Below, in pieces: positions 12,123 through 24,779 of a stretch of 64,000 nt of DNA. Both the position numbers and the translations under genes were made by a program. Source of the stretch: Eledone cirrhosa (taxonomy: Eukaryota); assembly GCA_964016885.1 (NCBI GenBank), contig OZ024742.1, forward strand, positions 312,790,001-312,854,000, in the 5' to 3' direction. Each line of letters opens with the position of its first letter. Position 1 is the first letter of the stretch. A model generated the notes under the pieces. That model had not been told where the DNA came from. It was given only the letters and a program-made list of their open reading frames with translations, and did not search any database.

Positions 12123-12243
12123 ACTAGCAGAAAAACCGCCTTTCGAGTGGTTTTCTGCTAGCATATATAGTGTGCATATTGGTATTATACACAAATATAT
12201 ATGCATATAGATATATGTAAATTGAAAAGTAAATTGACAATAT
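12123..12243 (-). mobile_element. Putative Helitron-like 3' end
   Basis: Homologous in reverse to 58562-58685. Ends in a hairpin closed by CTAG and followed by T. Confidence 0.45.
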
Positions 12244-12885
12244 CTTCTTCTTCACCCATTTATTTCTGAGAGGGTGGTGAGGGCAGAGTCCTTCTTAAAC
12301 ACTCCTTCCAGCGAGTCTGTCAGTAGCAAACATCTCTAACTGATCCAGCTAGATCCCAAAGTGTGACCAGCCAAGCTCATGGATGTTATCCAACTATCTT
12401 GCTCAGGGTCTACCTCTGGGTCTCTTGCCGGTTGGTTTTGCCTGTAAATTGTGTCCAGCGATTCTTTACTGAGACATTCTAACCACATTCTCATAATATC
12501 GGAGTTGTGATCTCTCAATCCAGAGAAGTAGCAGCTCTACCAGGAGTGACTCTCTGGTCTCTGAGTTATGCACTTTATCGAGTAACATTACTCCAAAGAC
12601 CCTTCGGAGGAATCCCATTTCGGCCACTTTTATTTGCAATTGTATTCTTTTGGTCATTACTCAAGATTCATGATCCTTGGTAAGAGTTGGCAGGAATACC
12701 AGGAAGACAGGGAGTTTGGCTTTTACATCTACCCCACCTTCATCTGATTGCTGAGGCTGGCGCTTTACTGCATCAGCTTTTGCAATTCTTGCACTTAATT
12801 CAGCCTCCTGCATTCCATCACTCATGAACACGGCTCCAAGATACTTGAACTTCTCTAACTGCTTCAGTAGAACTCCATTCACATG
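12244..12885 (-). mobile_element. 3' fragment of an Expander/Rex3-like RTE LINE
   Basis: ORF pieces LKQLEKFKYLGAVF...ELSARIAKA and AEMGFLRRVFGVMLLDKVHNSETRESL...IERSQLRYY, plus a (GAA)n tail. Confidence 0.85.
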
Positions 12886-13089
12886 TATATAAATTTAAGG
12901 GACTTCTATCCACCCGTCCATCAAGCAATGTGTATGTGTGTTTGTGTGAATGTATGTGTGTGTAAAAGGAAGGAAAGGGATACACACATATATGTCTCTA
13001 ACTTAAAAACAGTGACACACACACGTCTCTAATTTAAGAACGCCGACAAACTCACGTGTGCACATACACACACTGTCCTATTACCACTC

Positions 13090-13725
13090 AGAGCTTTAGC
13101 CCGGGCAAATATCCCCTCAATTTTGGAACCGTCTGGGTTGTCCTGAATTGATGGGAAAAGACTTGACGGTTTTACTCTGTGTTCCTGGTTAAGAGGCAAG
13201 TGCCTTATCTTGGACATCACAGTTAGTGACTCTTTTGCTTCTTCCCACATCCTGGATGCAGCGGTCAGCAGCTACAGCTGAATGGAACAAAATCCTAAAA
13301 TACCGTATTCTGTCAGCTAAATACATTATCCAGCCTGTGGCATTCGAGACGTTTGGGGGAGTCGGGCTACTGACAGCGAGGTTTTTATCTTCACTGGCGG
13401 CTCGCCAAACAGAAGTAACTGGTGAGGCTCGTGAGGGCACTTGGTTGTTCCAGCACCTCAGCCTCGCCATCACCCCAGGTAACGCTGCGAGCGTGTTGGC
13501 CTGCCTAAAAAATTATTAGAGAGGTTTCCCAGTACTCCTCGCTATATTGCTATCTTTTGCTCTGGTAGCGGCTTGTTTTCCACTCTTTCGCCTGCATTTT
13601 GTTCTATGTGGTCTAATATGTGTATTACCTGCTGTGTATTATTTCTCTTTCTTTTTTTCCTTTCCCTTTCCTTTGTATATATTATATTTGTTAGTGTTTT
13701 CGTTCACCGAACGCTGCTATCATGA
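13090..13725 (+). pseudogene. 3' fragment of a CRE-like non-LTR retrotransposon (restriction-like endonuclease domain)
   Basis: RALARANIPSILEPSGLS*IDGKRLDGFTL..W..GK.LILDITV, then after a frameshift AEWNKILKY...PVAFETFG...LFQHLSLAITPGNAASVL. This matches the CRE-clade RPDG...K..KY...ET.G...QRLS.AIQRGNA pattern. Confidence 0.75.
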
Positions 13726-13729
13726 CTGT

Positions 13730-13870
13730 ATATGTGAGTTTGTGTAAATGTATATGTGTGAATGTATGTATATTTGTGTGAAAGTATGTATATTTGTGTG
13801 AAAGTATGTGTATTTGTGTGAATGTATGTGTATTTGTGTGAATGTATGTGTATTTGTGTGAATGTATGTC
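13730..13870. repeat. 20-bp tandem repeat (GTGTGAATGTATGTGTATTT), about 6-7 copies
   Basis: Directly visible. Confidence 0.85.
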
Positions 13871-14339
13871 CATGTAATTTTATAAGTTTGTTTGCGCGAT
13901 TATAGTTATATATTCATACATATAGATGTATGTATGTGCACACTCATATGCGTCAGCGTGTAGAAAATCATAATCTCTCTATCTCTCTCATCACAAACTC
14001 TCCATTTCTATATATATGGTAGTTGAAGTGGTGGTGGTGGTGACGATATACCGGAAGTGCAACTTTGAAAAGATGTCAATTTTAAATTATTTATTTTTAC
14101 AAAATTATTTATGTTTACAAAATTTAGTACATAAATTATGTAATATTCATTCATTATTTATTCAAAGTAATCCAACTTATTTTACTAACTGGATTAAAAG
14201 AAATAAACCATACACAGTCCTGCAGACTTTACTTTATTATAGTTTAGATATGGCTGTTGTTAAATATAGTCCTGGTTGAGATATGAATAAAAAGACCTAT
14301 AAAGAAAGGAACAAACCTTCATCAGTTCCGTTGACAATT

Positions 14340-14660
14340 GTTCCAGTTGTTTGTCCAATGGAATAGGCAGCTTGTGAAATTAATGTGTAAGTGGCTGAGC
14401 ATTCCACAGATATGTGTACATTTAACATAATTCTCAGGGAAGTTCTGCATGACATAGGATGTGACAAAGCTGCCTCTTTGAATTACAGGTACAGTCTATC
14501 CAATGGGCTTCCACACAGTTTCTGTCTACTCGATTTCATTCATAAGGCATGGGTCAAGCCAAGGCTATGGTAAAAGACTCTCAACCAAGATGCCTCTCTG
14601 TGGGATTGAACCTGGGATCTAATGATTGTAAAGCAAACCTCTTAACTATTCAGCCTTGCT
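14340..14660 (-). mobile_element. Degenerate SINE-like repeat, third family
   Basis: Body GAGCATTCCACAGATATGTGTAC is shared with 465-500. A degenerate tRNA-like head lies on the minus strand near 14590-14660. Confidence 0.5.
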
Positions 14661-14844
14661 GCATCAACAATGATAAAAAACATTCCAACCATAACCATCC
14701 AGTCTTTATTTTGGGCAGTGTATCTAAGACTATGCTATTCAAAGTGCTCTCACTGTTTCAGGTGGATTTGACTGTTATTTCTAGCAGGTTGAGCAATCAC
14801 AGAGAGGTTCTCTTAACAATTCACAGCTGTAAACTGTGTCAGTA

Positions 14845-15045
14845 CTATAGGCCAGCAATTTTAAGGGAGGCGAAGTCGATTAAATCAACACCAGTGCATG
14901 ACTGGTACTTTATTTTATCGACCCTGTAAAGATGAAAGGCAAAGTTAACCTCGGCGGGATTTGAACTCAAATCATAAAGGGCCGCAACTCTATGCTGCAA
15001 AGCATGGTGTACGTTGCTCTAGCGATTCTGCCAATCCACCGCCCT
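14845..15045 (-). mobile_element. SINE family S2
   Basis: Near full-length match to the family. Confidence 0.8.
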
Positions 15046-15139
15046 TGTCAGTACTATAACATTGATAACTGATTCATTAATATGCTGTAATTTCTTCTGA
15101 GAGATAATCCTTTTGTCACTATATTTCTAATTAGATACA

Positions 15140-15410
15140 TCATCATCATCATCACCATTTTACATCTGTTATTCCATACTTGCATAGCTGGAAAGTCCTT
15201 CCCAGTACAGCATCTCTCCACTTGTCGCGTTCCTTTGTCATCTCCTCTGTGAGCTTCAGCAATCTGAGATCAGCTGTCACCACTTCCTTCCTGGTCTTCC
15301 TCTGCTGTGGCTTCCTTCCACTGGAATTACTTGGCACCTCTTAAACCAGAAATTATCATCCATATACTTCATATGTCCATACCAACGCAGTCTCCTCTAC
15401 TGCACACTAC
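15140..15410 (-). mobile_element. 3' fragment of a diverged RTE LINE
   Basis: RLRWYGHM...RKTRKEVVTADLRLLKLTEEMTKERDKWR with a (GAT)n tail. Confidence 0.7.
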
Positions 15411-16099
15411 TGTATTTGAATTGATTAATAAACAATTTAGAGGGATTTGCTAAAATTATTAATTATTTCATTATTAAGATGGTATTTCCTTATGGGGTTG
15501 ATAAAGTAAAGCACCAGTAACGTACTGGGTTCGATTTCATCGACTTTCCCCTCCCTCCAAATTACTGGCCTTGTGCCTATAATAGAAATCATTATTAAGA
15601 TGGTATTTGTAACATAAGTTAACAAAAGATTTTTATATTAAATTGTCGGAACATCTAATTGTCCACCTAACTGTTTATCCCACATGAGTACAAAAAGTAG
15701 AAAAGGAATATGGAAAGTGATTTACATACGGTTCAAATTGTCTTCTATTCTGAAATTTGTTTCTTGCCCTTGAAGAAGAACATTCCAGGTAAAAGTCCAT
15801 GGTCTTATGAGAACTATGGACCCTCTAAATATTTTATATTGTATTTCATTTGATTAGAGCCTCCAAGAGAAATTTTGAAAGGCAGTACAAGACCCTTTTA
15901 GGGCCCAAAGCAGGTAAAGATCTTTTCTCAAAATGGATGTTGCAAGGTTGCTGTGGGGGCCTTCTTAGCTCTTGGGCCCCGGAACAATGTAACGTCTGGA
16001 CCTCCTGCATTTGGTCATATGCTTTTGGTCTTGTTACTTTGTTTCATTATACATTCAATGTAAAAGTCTTACTGCTTTGTAATTTAGCCTTGTAATATA

Positions 16100-16176
16100 C
16101 AGGGTGTTTTAAAATGAATCATCCGATTTCAAAAGAAATCCTTTTGAAATCAGATGATTCTTTTTAATACACTCTG
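16100..16176. mobile_element. 77-bp TIR-only Tc1/mariner-type hairpin MITE
   Basis: TA-CAGGGTG...CACTCTG-TA, with 36-bp arms (32/36 match) and a 5-nt loop. Confidence 0.7.
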
Positions 16177-16625
16177 TACTCTCATTCGTAATCATTATAG
16201 CAATATAGAAATCCTTTCATTATAATATTTAAAAAAAAACACACAACTTTCAAAGGGATTTAAAAATTGTAAGTAATCAGGAATTTAGCGATTTAATGAT
16301 GTGATTGACTTCCTGATCATTAAGCGGATGTCTGGAATGTAATTTTAAGGATCTTACTCAAAATTATGATATAAGGTTTATATATATATATATCATCATC
16401 ATCGTCGTCGTTGTTTATTGTCCATCTTTCACACTAGCATGGATATATATATATATATCATTATCATCATCATCATCATTTAACACTATCTTCCACGCTA
16501 GCATGGGTTAGACGGGAATTGTCCCACTTGAGGCAAGATTGATCGGGTGACCATGTCTCGCTCGTATAGGACTGTATATATATATAAATGAAGTATTTCC
16601 ATAGGAAAGGTAAAGGAAAAGAGAG

Positions 16626-16870
16626 TGCTCTATGTAGGCTACAGAGCTTTTTAGCTATGTAATAAACAACATAAGATAAGTAATTCATTTACCAAAGGTT
16701 TCTTGAAGACAGACGAACTTATGACTGCCTTCAATCATCAGAACGATTTTTAATAAATTTGTTCTGATGATTGATAAGCTCGTCTGTCTTAAAGAAACCT
16801 TTGGTAAATGAATTAATTATCTTATGTTGTTTATTACATAACTAAAAAGCTCTGTAGTCTACATAGAGCA
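16626..16870. repeat. Long inverted repeat (foldback), possibly Penelope pLTR-derived
   Basis: Arms of about 100 bp (TGCTCTATGTAG... / ...CTACATAGAGCA), with CTGATGA on both strands near the centre. Confidence 0.75.
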
Positions 16871-16892
16871 ACCTATATATATATATATATAT

Positions 16893-19421
16893 ATCATCAT
16901 CATCATCATCATCATCGTTTAACGTCCATCTTCCACGCTAGCATGAGTTTGGACGGCAATTTTCCCACTTGAGGCAAGATTGGTTGTCTTGCTCGTATAG
17001 GACTGTCTGGCGTGCTTTCTACGGCTGGATGCCCTTCCTAACACCAACCACGTTTACAGTGTGGACTGGGAGGTTTTTACCATGTTACCTACACGACCAC
17101 ATTACAGCGTGGATTGTGTGTTTTTTTTGTCGTGACACCTACACAACCTCACTTATTTCGGACTGGATGTTGTGGTACCAACATAACTTTACATCAAAAG
17201 GGGTGATGTGGATGGGGTGGTGGGAGGGTGGTGTATCTTTGTTAGAGGTGCCTACTGACTGTAGGTTTCGCTTTGTACTTAGGCAAGCCAGGTCTTCTGT
17301 ATTACTGTGTAGCGCCAAAAATCTCGGTCCAGTGACATTGTCTTGGAGAGGTGTAAGTGTGTGAGGTCGGAATTTATTAAGTTGTCCCAGGTTTTTCTGG
17401 GTTTGCCACTCCGTGGCTACCGTCTATTTTTATCGCCCTGCACTTTTTTATAGAGCTGTCGTCTTTCATGCGCATCACGTGACCATACCAACGTAGTCTT
17501 CTCTCGAGTAAACAACATCTGATTCCTCTTATTCCTAATTTCTCCCTTAGTTCATTTATGCTTTGCCGTTCACGTATATTACTATTACACATCCAACGGA
17601 GCATGCAAGCTTCGTTCCTCTCCAGTCTACATATATCTTCTGCACACAATGCCCAAGTCTCACTGCAATGTAACATTGCTGTTCGTATGCAGGCATCATG
17701 CAGCCTGCCTTTCACTTTTAGAGAGAACTCTTTAGCGGCCAATAGTGGTATAAGCTCTCTGAACTTTTTCCATCCCGTTCTGACTCTAGCTACTGTACTT
17801 TCAGAGCACCCTCCACCACTGCTGATTTTGTCACCCAGGTAATGGAAGGTGTCCACTATTTCTATAGAACCATCTGTGCAATGGAATGAGCTAGTATTTT
17901 GTGGGCACTTGCTGCTACTTATTGCACCTGAGCACTGGCCACATATAAAATCTATATTCTTAGTTAGCTTACCTGTGATCCCACTACATCTTTTATGCAC
18001 CCATACTTTGCATTTGGGACATAAAATGAAGTTTCTGCCTACTCCTTTCCTACACACTGAGCATGGCCATTTCCCAGATGGGACAAGTGCCCTATTTTCC
18101 TTCCTACAAACTAGAACTTTAGTCTTAGACAGGTTAATTTTAAGGCCTTTTGATTCTAGGCCATGCTTCCATGTTTGGAATTTCTTCTCTAGTTCAGCCA
18201 TTGAGTCAGCTATGAGCGTTAGATCTGCGTATAGGAGTTCCCATGGGCAGCCGGTCTTGAACTCCTCTGTTATAGCCTGAAGGGCAATAATAAATAGTAG
18301 GGGGCTAAGGATTGAACCCTGATGAACACCAACTTTTACACTAAACTCTTCACTATATTCGTTGTTAATTCTAACCTTGCTGACTGTTTCTTTATACATG
18401 GCTTGTATAGCTCTCACAAGCCATTCATCAACACCTAGTTTTCTAAGAGCCCACCAGATAATGGAGCGGGGTACTCTGTCAAAGGCTTTCTCCAAGTCAA
18501 CAAAAGCTAAGTATAGGGGTTTACTTTTAGCTAGGTACTTCTCCTATAGTTGTTGTACAATGAAAAGAGCGTCTGTGGTACTTTTACCTGACACAAACCC
18601 GAACTGCATTTCATCTAGATCAATTCGCTCTCTGATTAGTTGCGCTATTACTTTTTCTGTGACCTTCATGACCTGGTCAATTAATTTAATGCCTCTATAG
18701 TTTCCCCTATCTAGGGCATCTCCTTTACCCTTGTAGCAGTTAATGATGATGCTGCTATGCCAGTCCTTCGGAACGACCCCATTCTGTACGACTTGGTTTA
18801 CTATCCGGGTGACCATAGTGTGTCCCACCGTTCCAGATGTTTTCAGCATTTCAGCAACTATTTCCGAAGGCCCAACCGCCTTGCCTGTCTTCATGTCTTT
18901 GATTGCCTTACTTATTATACTACCTTCAACTTGCACTGCTGGTACTTCTATTGGATCGATGTGGGGGAGACTGTCTTTCTCCCAATTATTCTCCACATTT
19001 AGTAACCTTTCGTAGTGACACTTCCAAGCTACCTTCTTATCAGCATCACTGATGGCAAGTACCACCATCATCATTAAGGACACACTTCTCCCTGACAATA
19101 TCACGGTTTTCCTTGACACATTGCCTAGCAATCCTGAACACCTCACGTTTTTGGTCCTCGCGTTGTAGAACATGCTTGAACTTTCTTTCCTCTGCTTCCC
19201 TTCTTGCGAAGTACACTTGTCTCTTAGCTTCCCTCCTGGCCACTTGATAGTCTTCTCTACTTCCCCCATCCCGCCATGCTTTCCAAGCCTGCTTTTTGGC
19301 CTTGATTGACTCCTCCACCTTACTGTTCCACCACCAAGTTACTCTCCTCCTGCCTATAGGTCTGCTCCAGCCACAGGTTTCATCTGTCGCCTTCAGCAGG
19401 TTAGCTTTCAGGAATTCCCAC
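16893..19421 (-). mobile_element. 5'-truncated RTE-clade LINE, copy 1 (decayed)
   Basis: ORFs 18544-19269 and 17377-18495 give RT motifs (NYRGIKL, QFGF..GKSTTDA, DLEKAFDRV, GVHQGSILSPLLF, FHYLG). YADD is reduced to YAD. It has stops and frameshifts, a 3' UTR and a (GAT)n tail. Confidence 0.95.
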
Positions 19422-19620
19422 TGTATATATATATATAACCCATTAAGTTGATGTTTGGAATGTAACTTAAAGGTTCTTGCTCAAAATTATGATACAAGGT
19501 TTTTTAATATATATATATAAATGGCAAGGAAACAGCTGAAGGCTTCAAGAACATCAACCTTGTCCGTTCCCTTGTTGTCTTAATTTGGGTTGCCTTGAGA
19601 ACGTAACCTCATTATGTAAG

Positions 19621-19700
19621 AAGCTGTCTGATGAGATCATGGCACTGGTTAGACGGAATCGCGTGGCCATTGTTGTCATTGAAATATGTATCACAGGCTT
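19621..19700 (+). ncRNA. Type I hammerhead ribozyme motif (HH-B)
   Basis: AAGCUGU-CUGAUGA-[long helix II including AUGGC-AC/GU-G-GCCAU]-GAAA-UAUGUAU-C-ACAGGCUU. Stem I is 7 bp with one bulge, the triplet is AUC, and AATAAA follows. Confidence 0.6.
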
Positions 19701-19826
19701 ATCAATAAAGGACTTTAACATCTGAAACTACTTTGCATTTTCTTATTATATATATATGCAGAGGTTATATTTAATTTGTTGGGATTCAACAAGCTTAAAC
19801 ATTTTTATATTTATAAAACAAATCTG

Positions 19827-19892
19827 TATTTTGTCTGATGAAAGCGCACCATAATTTGCCTTGGTTGCCCTTGAAATATGTATAATAAAATA
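19827..19892 (+). ncRNA. Type I hammerhead ribozyme motif (HH-C)
   Basis: UAUUUUGU-CUGAUGA-[AAG..GCA.CCA/UGG.UGC..CUU]-GAAA-UAUGUAU-A-AUAAAAUA. Stem I is 8 bp and the triplet is AUA. Confidence 0.65.
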
Positions 19893-19935
19893 AATATGGT
19901 TTTATATATATAGTTTCTATTTATTAATATATTGT

Positions 19936-19968
<33 letters not shown>

Positions 19969-20082
19969 GTTTAACGTCCATATTCCACGCTTGCATGGGT
20001 TTGGAGTATATATATATAAAAGCCATGCTAGCGTGGAAAATGGACATTAAAAGATGATGATGATGATGATGATATATATATA

Positions 20083-20129
<47 letters not shown>

Positions 20130-20494
20130 TATAAATTGGGAGACACAAAGCAGGCTTTGTTTAACAAGCAGCTAGCGAATTTGAAAATTACGTAGTAACA
20201 TGTGCTTATGCAGTATTTGATTACATAGAATTAGTCTGTTGGTGGGGATTTAAAAAAAACTCTATTAATGGCAAAAAGGGTGAGTATTGACGGACATGGA
20301 ACACAAACCCACATCTTTGATTTGCGGGACCAATGTGTTACCATTACACCAACACAACACCCACACTTCTCTTCATTCAATTAGATAAATATAGACAGCT
20401 TTGTATCTTAGAACCAGGGGCAGTTTCAGGTGGTTTGGTATCTAAAGGATTAAGATGCTCACCACATCCATCACAATCCTTATTGCTAGCATCA

Positions 20495-20680
20495 CTTGGC
20501 AGTATCAGTAGAAGGTCGGACGCCATGCTTTGTAGCATAGAGTTACGCCCCTTTATGGTGGGAGTTCAAATCCCGCTGAGATTCACTTTGCCTTTCATCC
20601 TTACGGGGGTTGATAAAATAAAGTACCAGTAATGTACTGGGGAAATTGCTGGCCTTGTGCCTAAAGTAGAAACAATTATT
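20495..20680 (+). mobile_element. SINE family S2
   Basis: TTGGCAGTATCAGTAGA...GAGTTCAAATCCC...GTAGAAACAATTATT. Confidence 0.8.
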
Positions 20681-20809
20681 TATTATTAAGAAATATTTCC
20701 TCAGCCCCCATCACCACTATCATTGCCAGCTGCACCACTACTAGGATTATAGGACTCCACCACTGTTGCCACCACCACCTTCCCCACTACTAGCAGCTGG
20801 ACTGATGAT

Positions 20810-21172
20810 GACCAACATCAACACCACCACCACCACCACCACCAACACCACCACCACCACCACCAACACCACCACCACCACCACCACCACCACCACCACC
20901 ACCACCACCACCACCACCACCACCACCACCACCACCACCACCAACACCACCACCACCAACATCACCACCACCACCACCACCACCACCACCACCACCACCA
21001 CCACCACCACCACCACCACCAACATCACCACCACCACCACCACCAACACCACCACCACCAGCATCACCACCACCACCACCACCACCTCCAGCATCACCAC
21101 CACCACCACCACCACCACCATCACCATCACCACCACCACTGGTACCACCACCACCACCACCACCACCATCAG
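20810..21172. repeat. (ACC)n microsatellite
   Basis: Directly visible; explains the poly-T/V/G ORFs. Confidence 0.95.
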
Positions 21173-21230
21173 TATCAGTACCTAACAATCATAACCCATT
21201 ACCAAGTGTATGACAAAGATCACTGCTTGG

Positions 21231-22115
<885 letters not shown>

Positions 22116-22669
22116 ATGAAGAGTAGCAACATCAACCCTAAGTCTAGAAAACAACAACCAGAATACAGAACAGCGTGGTGTCATCTTATCAAGATTGGTG
22201 CAGAAAAATTTGAAGAAAATATCCACTCTACCCCAACTCTACTGCAGTTCTCATATTCTTTAATGTCCCTTATTTTCTCTTGTCAAATGGTTTCACATTT
22301 TTATAGTTATTTTCTGTAGATTTATAAACCATCATTCTGTTTATAATGTGAATGAAGAAGCGTGCTTCAAAAGAATACACACTTAGCTGTGTTAACACTA
22401 TACAAAATATCTATACTCATATATGTGAATATGTGGAGGCATGTGGCCTAGTGGTAAGAGTGCTGGTCTTACAATCATAATATCATGGGTTCGTTTCCTG
22501 GGCAGGGAAGGTGGAGGTGGCATATCTCACTTTCATACACTCTAGTTTCAGTATGGTCTCTACAGCTGGACACTCTTCCTATCACCAACCACTTTACAGA
22601 ATCTACTTGATGGATTTTATCATTACACCAGTACTAGGGAATTTCTCATGCTCTTAATACAACTGGAGA

Positions 22670-22734
<65 letters not shown>

Positions 22735-23217
22735 TACACACACACATACATATATATATATCCACTCCATGACTGGAGGAAGTCAAGTTCCTAGCAGGTT
22801 CAACTAAGCAAGGCAGGCCAAAGAATAGGAACCAGACAAAAATCTGAATCACTTCAAGAGAAAGCCTATATATCAGTGCTCCAGTACAGGTGAAAGCAAA
22901 TATTAACAAACTGATATTATGACTATAATTCTGCAGATCAGTGGCCAAAGATCGTGCTATATTGTACAGTGACATGGGCTATCAGTTTATACAAATGAAA
23001 CACTGTAGTAGTTAAGAGGACTTGCAAACCACTAACACTGACCATCACTACTCTGATGGAGCAATCAAAAGATGAAATATGTGGTAGAGGAAAATTAGTT
23101 GGGTTTTCAGAAGGCTTAAAAACAGTCTGTTAATTAAGAAGCAAGGAAAACTGTGTTCAAACACATATCTCTTTTTAATACAAATAAAACTGAGAAAACT
23201 TATCACTAGAACAGCCT

Positions 23218-23432
23218 TTAACCCTTCAGCATTTAAACTGGCCATACCTGGCCAGAATTCTCTCACCCTTTTCTGTTCAAACTGGCCGTAACTGGCTGCT
23301 CATACTGATGTTAAGGTATTGTTCTCAAAATAAATAATATCAAAATCTCATAGATTCGATATTGTGTGAGATAATTATGTAAAATAAAAATACAATAGAA
23401 TATATAGAGTAATGTAAATGCTAAAGGGTTAA
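23218..23432 (+). mobile_element. piggyBac-type MITE family A
   Basis: TTAA target duplication and TIRs. Confidence 0.85.
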
Positions 23433-24063
23433 AACAGCTAAATGCTGTCAAAGACAGTGATGGGCAAAATTGCCTCAGAGGACAGAGAGCAGCGGCCAGT
23501 GGTCAACAGAGAGACAATCCACAAGGTGGGTGACAGTCAGATTAAATATAGACAAGATTGAAAGAGGAGGTGGACAAGGAGAGGTGCGCTGGTGCACAAA
23601 AGTGACTGGAAGAGGAAATAAATAAAGGTGATGTACAAGACAAATTTATATACACACATCTTCATCCTCATCAGCTCTTAAACCAACAAAATGGTTTCAC
23701 ACGATTAACATAACATTACTATGGAGGAAAAGTAATAAACACAATAAATCCAACATGAATTACAATAAAAATATTTGTCGCTACTTTTGGTACAAGGCCA
23801 GCAATTACCCAGTGCATTACTGGTACTTTATTTTATCGACCCCCTAAAGATGAAAGGCAAAGTTAACCTCGGTGGGATTTGAACTCAGAATGGCAAGGGT
23901 TGTAACTCTATGCATCAAAGCATGGTGTCCGACCCTCTACCGATACTGCCAATAATGTAAAATAATATATACATTCGTTTTGGTGCAAGTAAGAATGCTA
24001 GGCCGAACAAATAAATACCTTTCTGAAAGCCTTGTTTCCAAAGAACATGCAATACTTAGTGTC

Positions 24064-24292
24064 TTAACCCTTCAGCATTTAAACCGGCTGTATCCAGCCA
24101 GAATTCTCTCACCTCTTTCTGTTCAAACCAGCCATAACTGGCCAGTCATACCAACGTTCAGGTATTGTTCTCAAAATAAATAATATCAAAATCTCATAGA
24201 TTTGATATTATGTGAGATAATTATGTGAGATAAAGCCTTTACTGTGAAAATACAATAGTAAATATAGAGTAATGTAAATGCTAAAGGGTAAA
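24064..24292 (+). mobile_element. piggyBac-type MITE family A
   Basis: TTAA-CCCTTCAGCATTTA...TAAATGCTAAAGGG. Confidence 0.85.
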
Positions 24293-24779
24293 TCTAATTC
24301 TGTTAGTGAAAGGAAAGTTGGTGGGAATAACTTGTGAAGCAGCACAAGAATCTAACTAACATGGATTCAAGAAGGATTTTGAAGATCTTTCAATATCTTA
24401 AGATTTTCATTTGGTTTTATAACCTGTTGTCAAGTGACCGAAAGCTTCTAGAATGTTCTAAATATATTCAAAGGTTGTATTTAGAATTTGATATGCCAAG
24501 TGACAGGCTAATTGAATTTAATGAAAGAGATGGGGGGCATGAATGACTAGTTTTTCTATTTTACTCTATCCTCTAAACACCCCCTCACCTACTCTCTGGC
24601 TGTCATTACCTTCTCCATCAACTTTACCCATATCTTTCTTAGTCTTTCCTTACAATTAGTTCATTCTACATTCATTTTTATCATTCCTTTCACCTAGTCA
24701 CTTTCATCCTTCCTCATCACATGACCCAGCCATAAGATTTGAAAGTTAGTTATTTCACAAAACCTTTCATAATTCTTGA

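Noticed and set aside
20747-21188. Poly-Thr, poly-Gly and poly-Val ORFs
   Set aside because: (ACC)n microsatellite.
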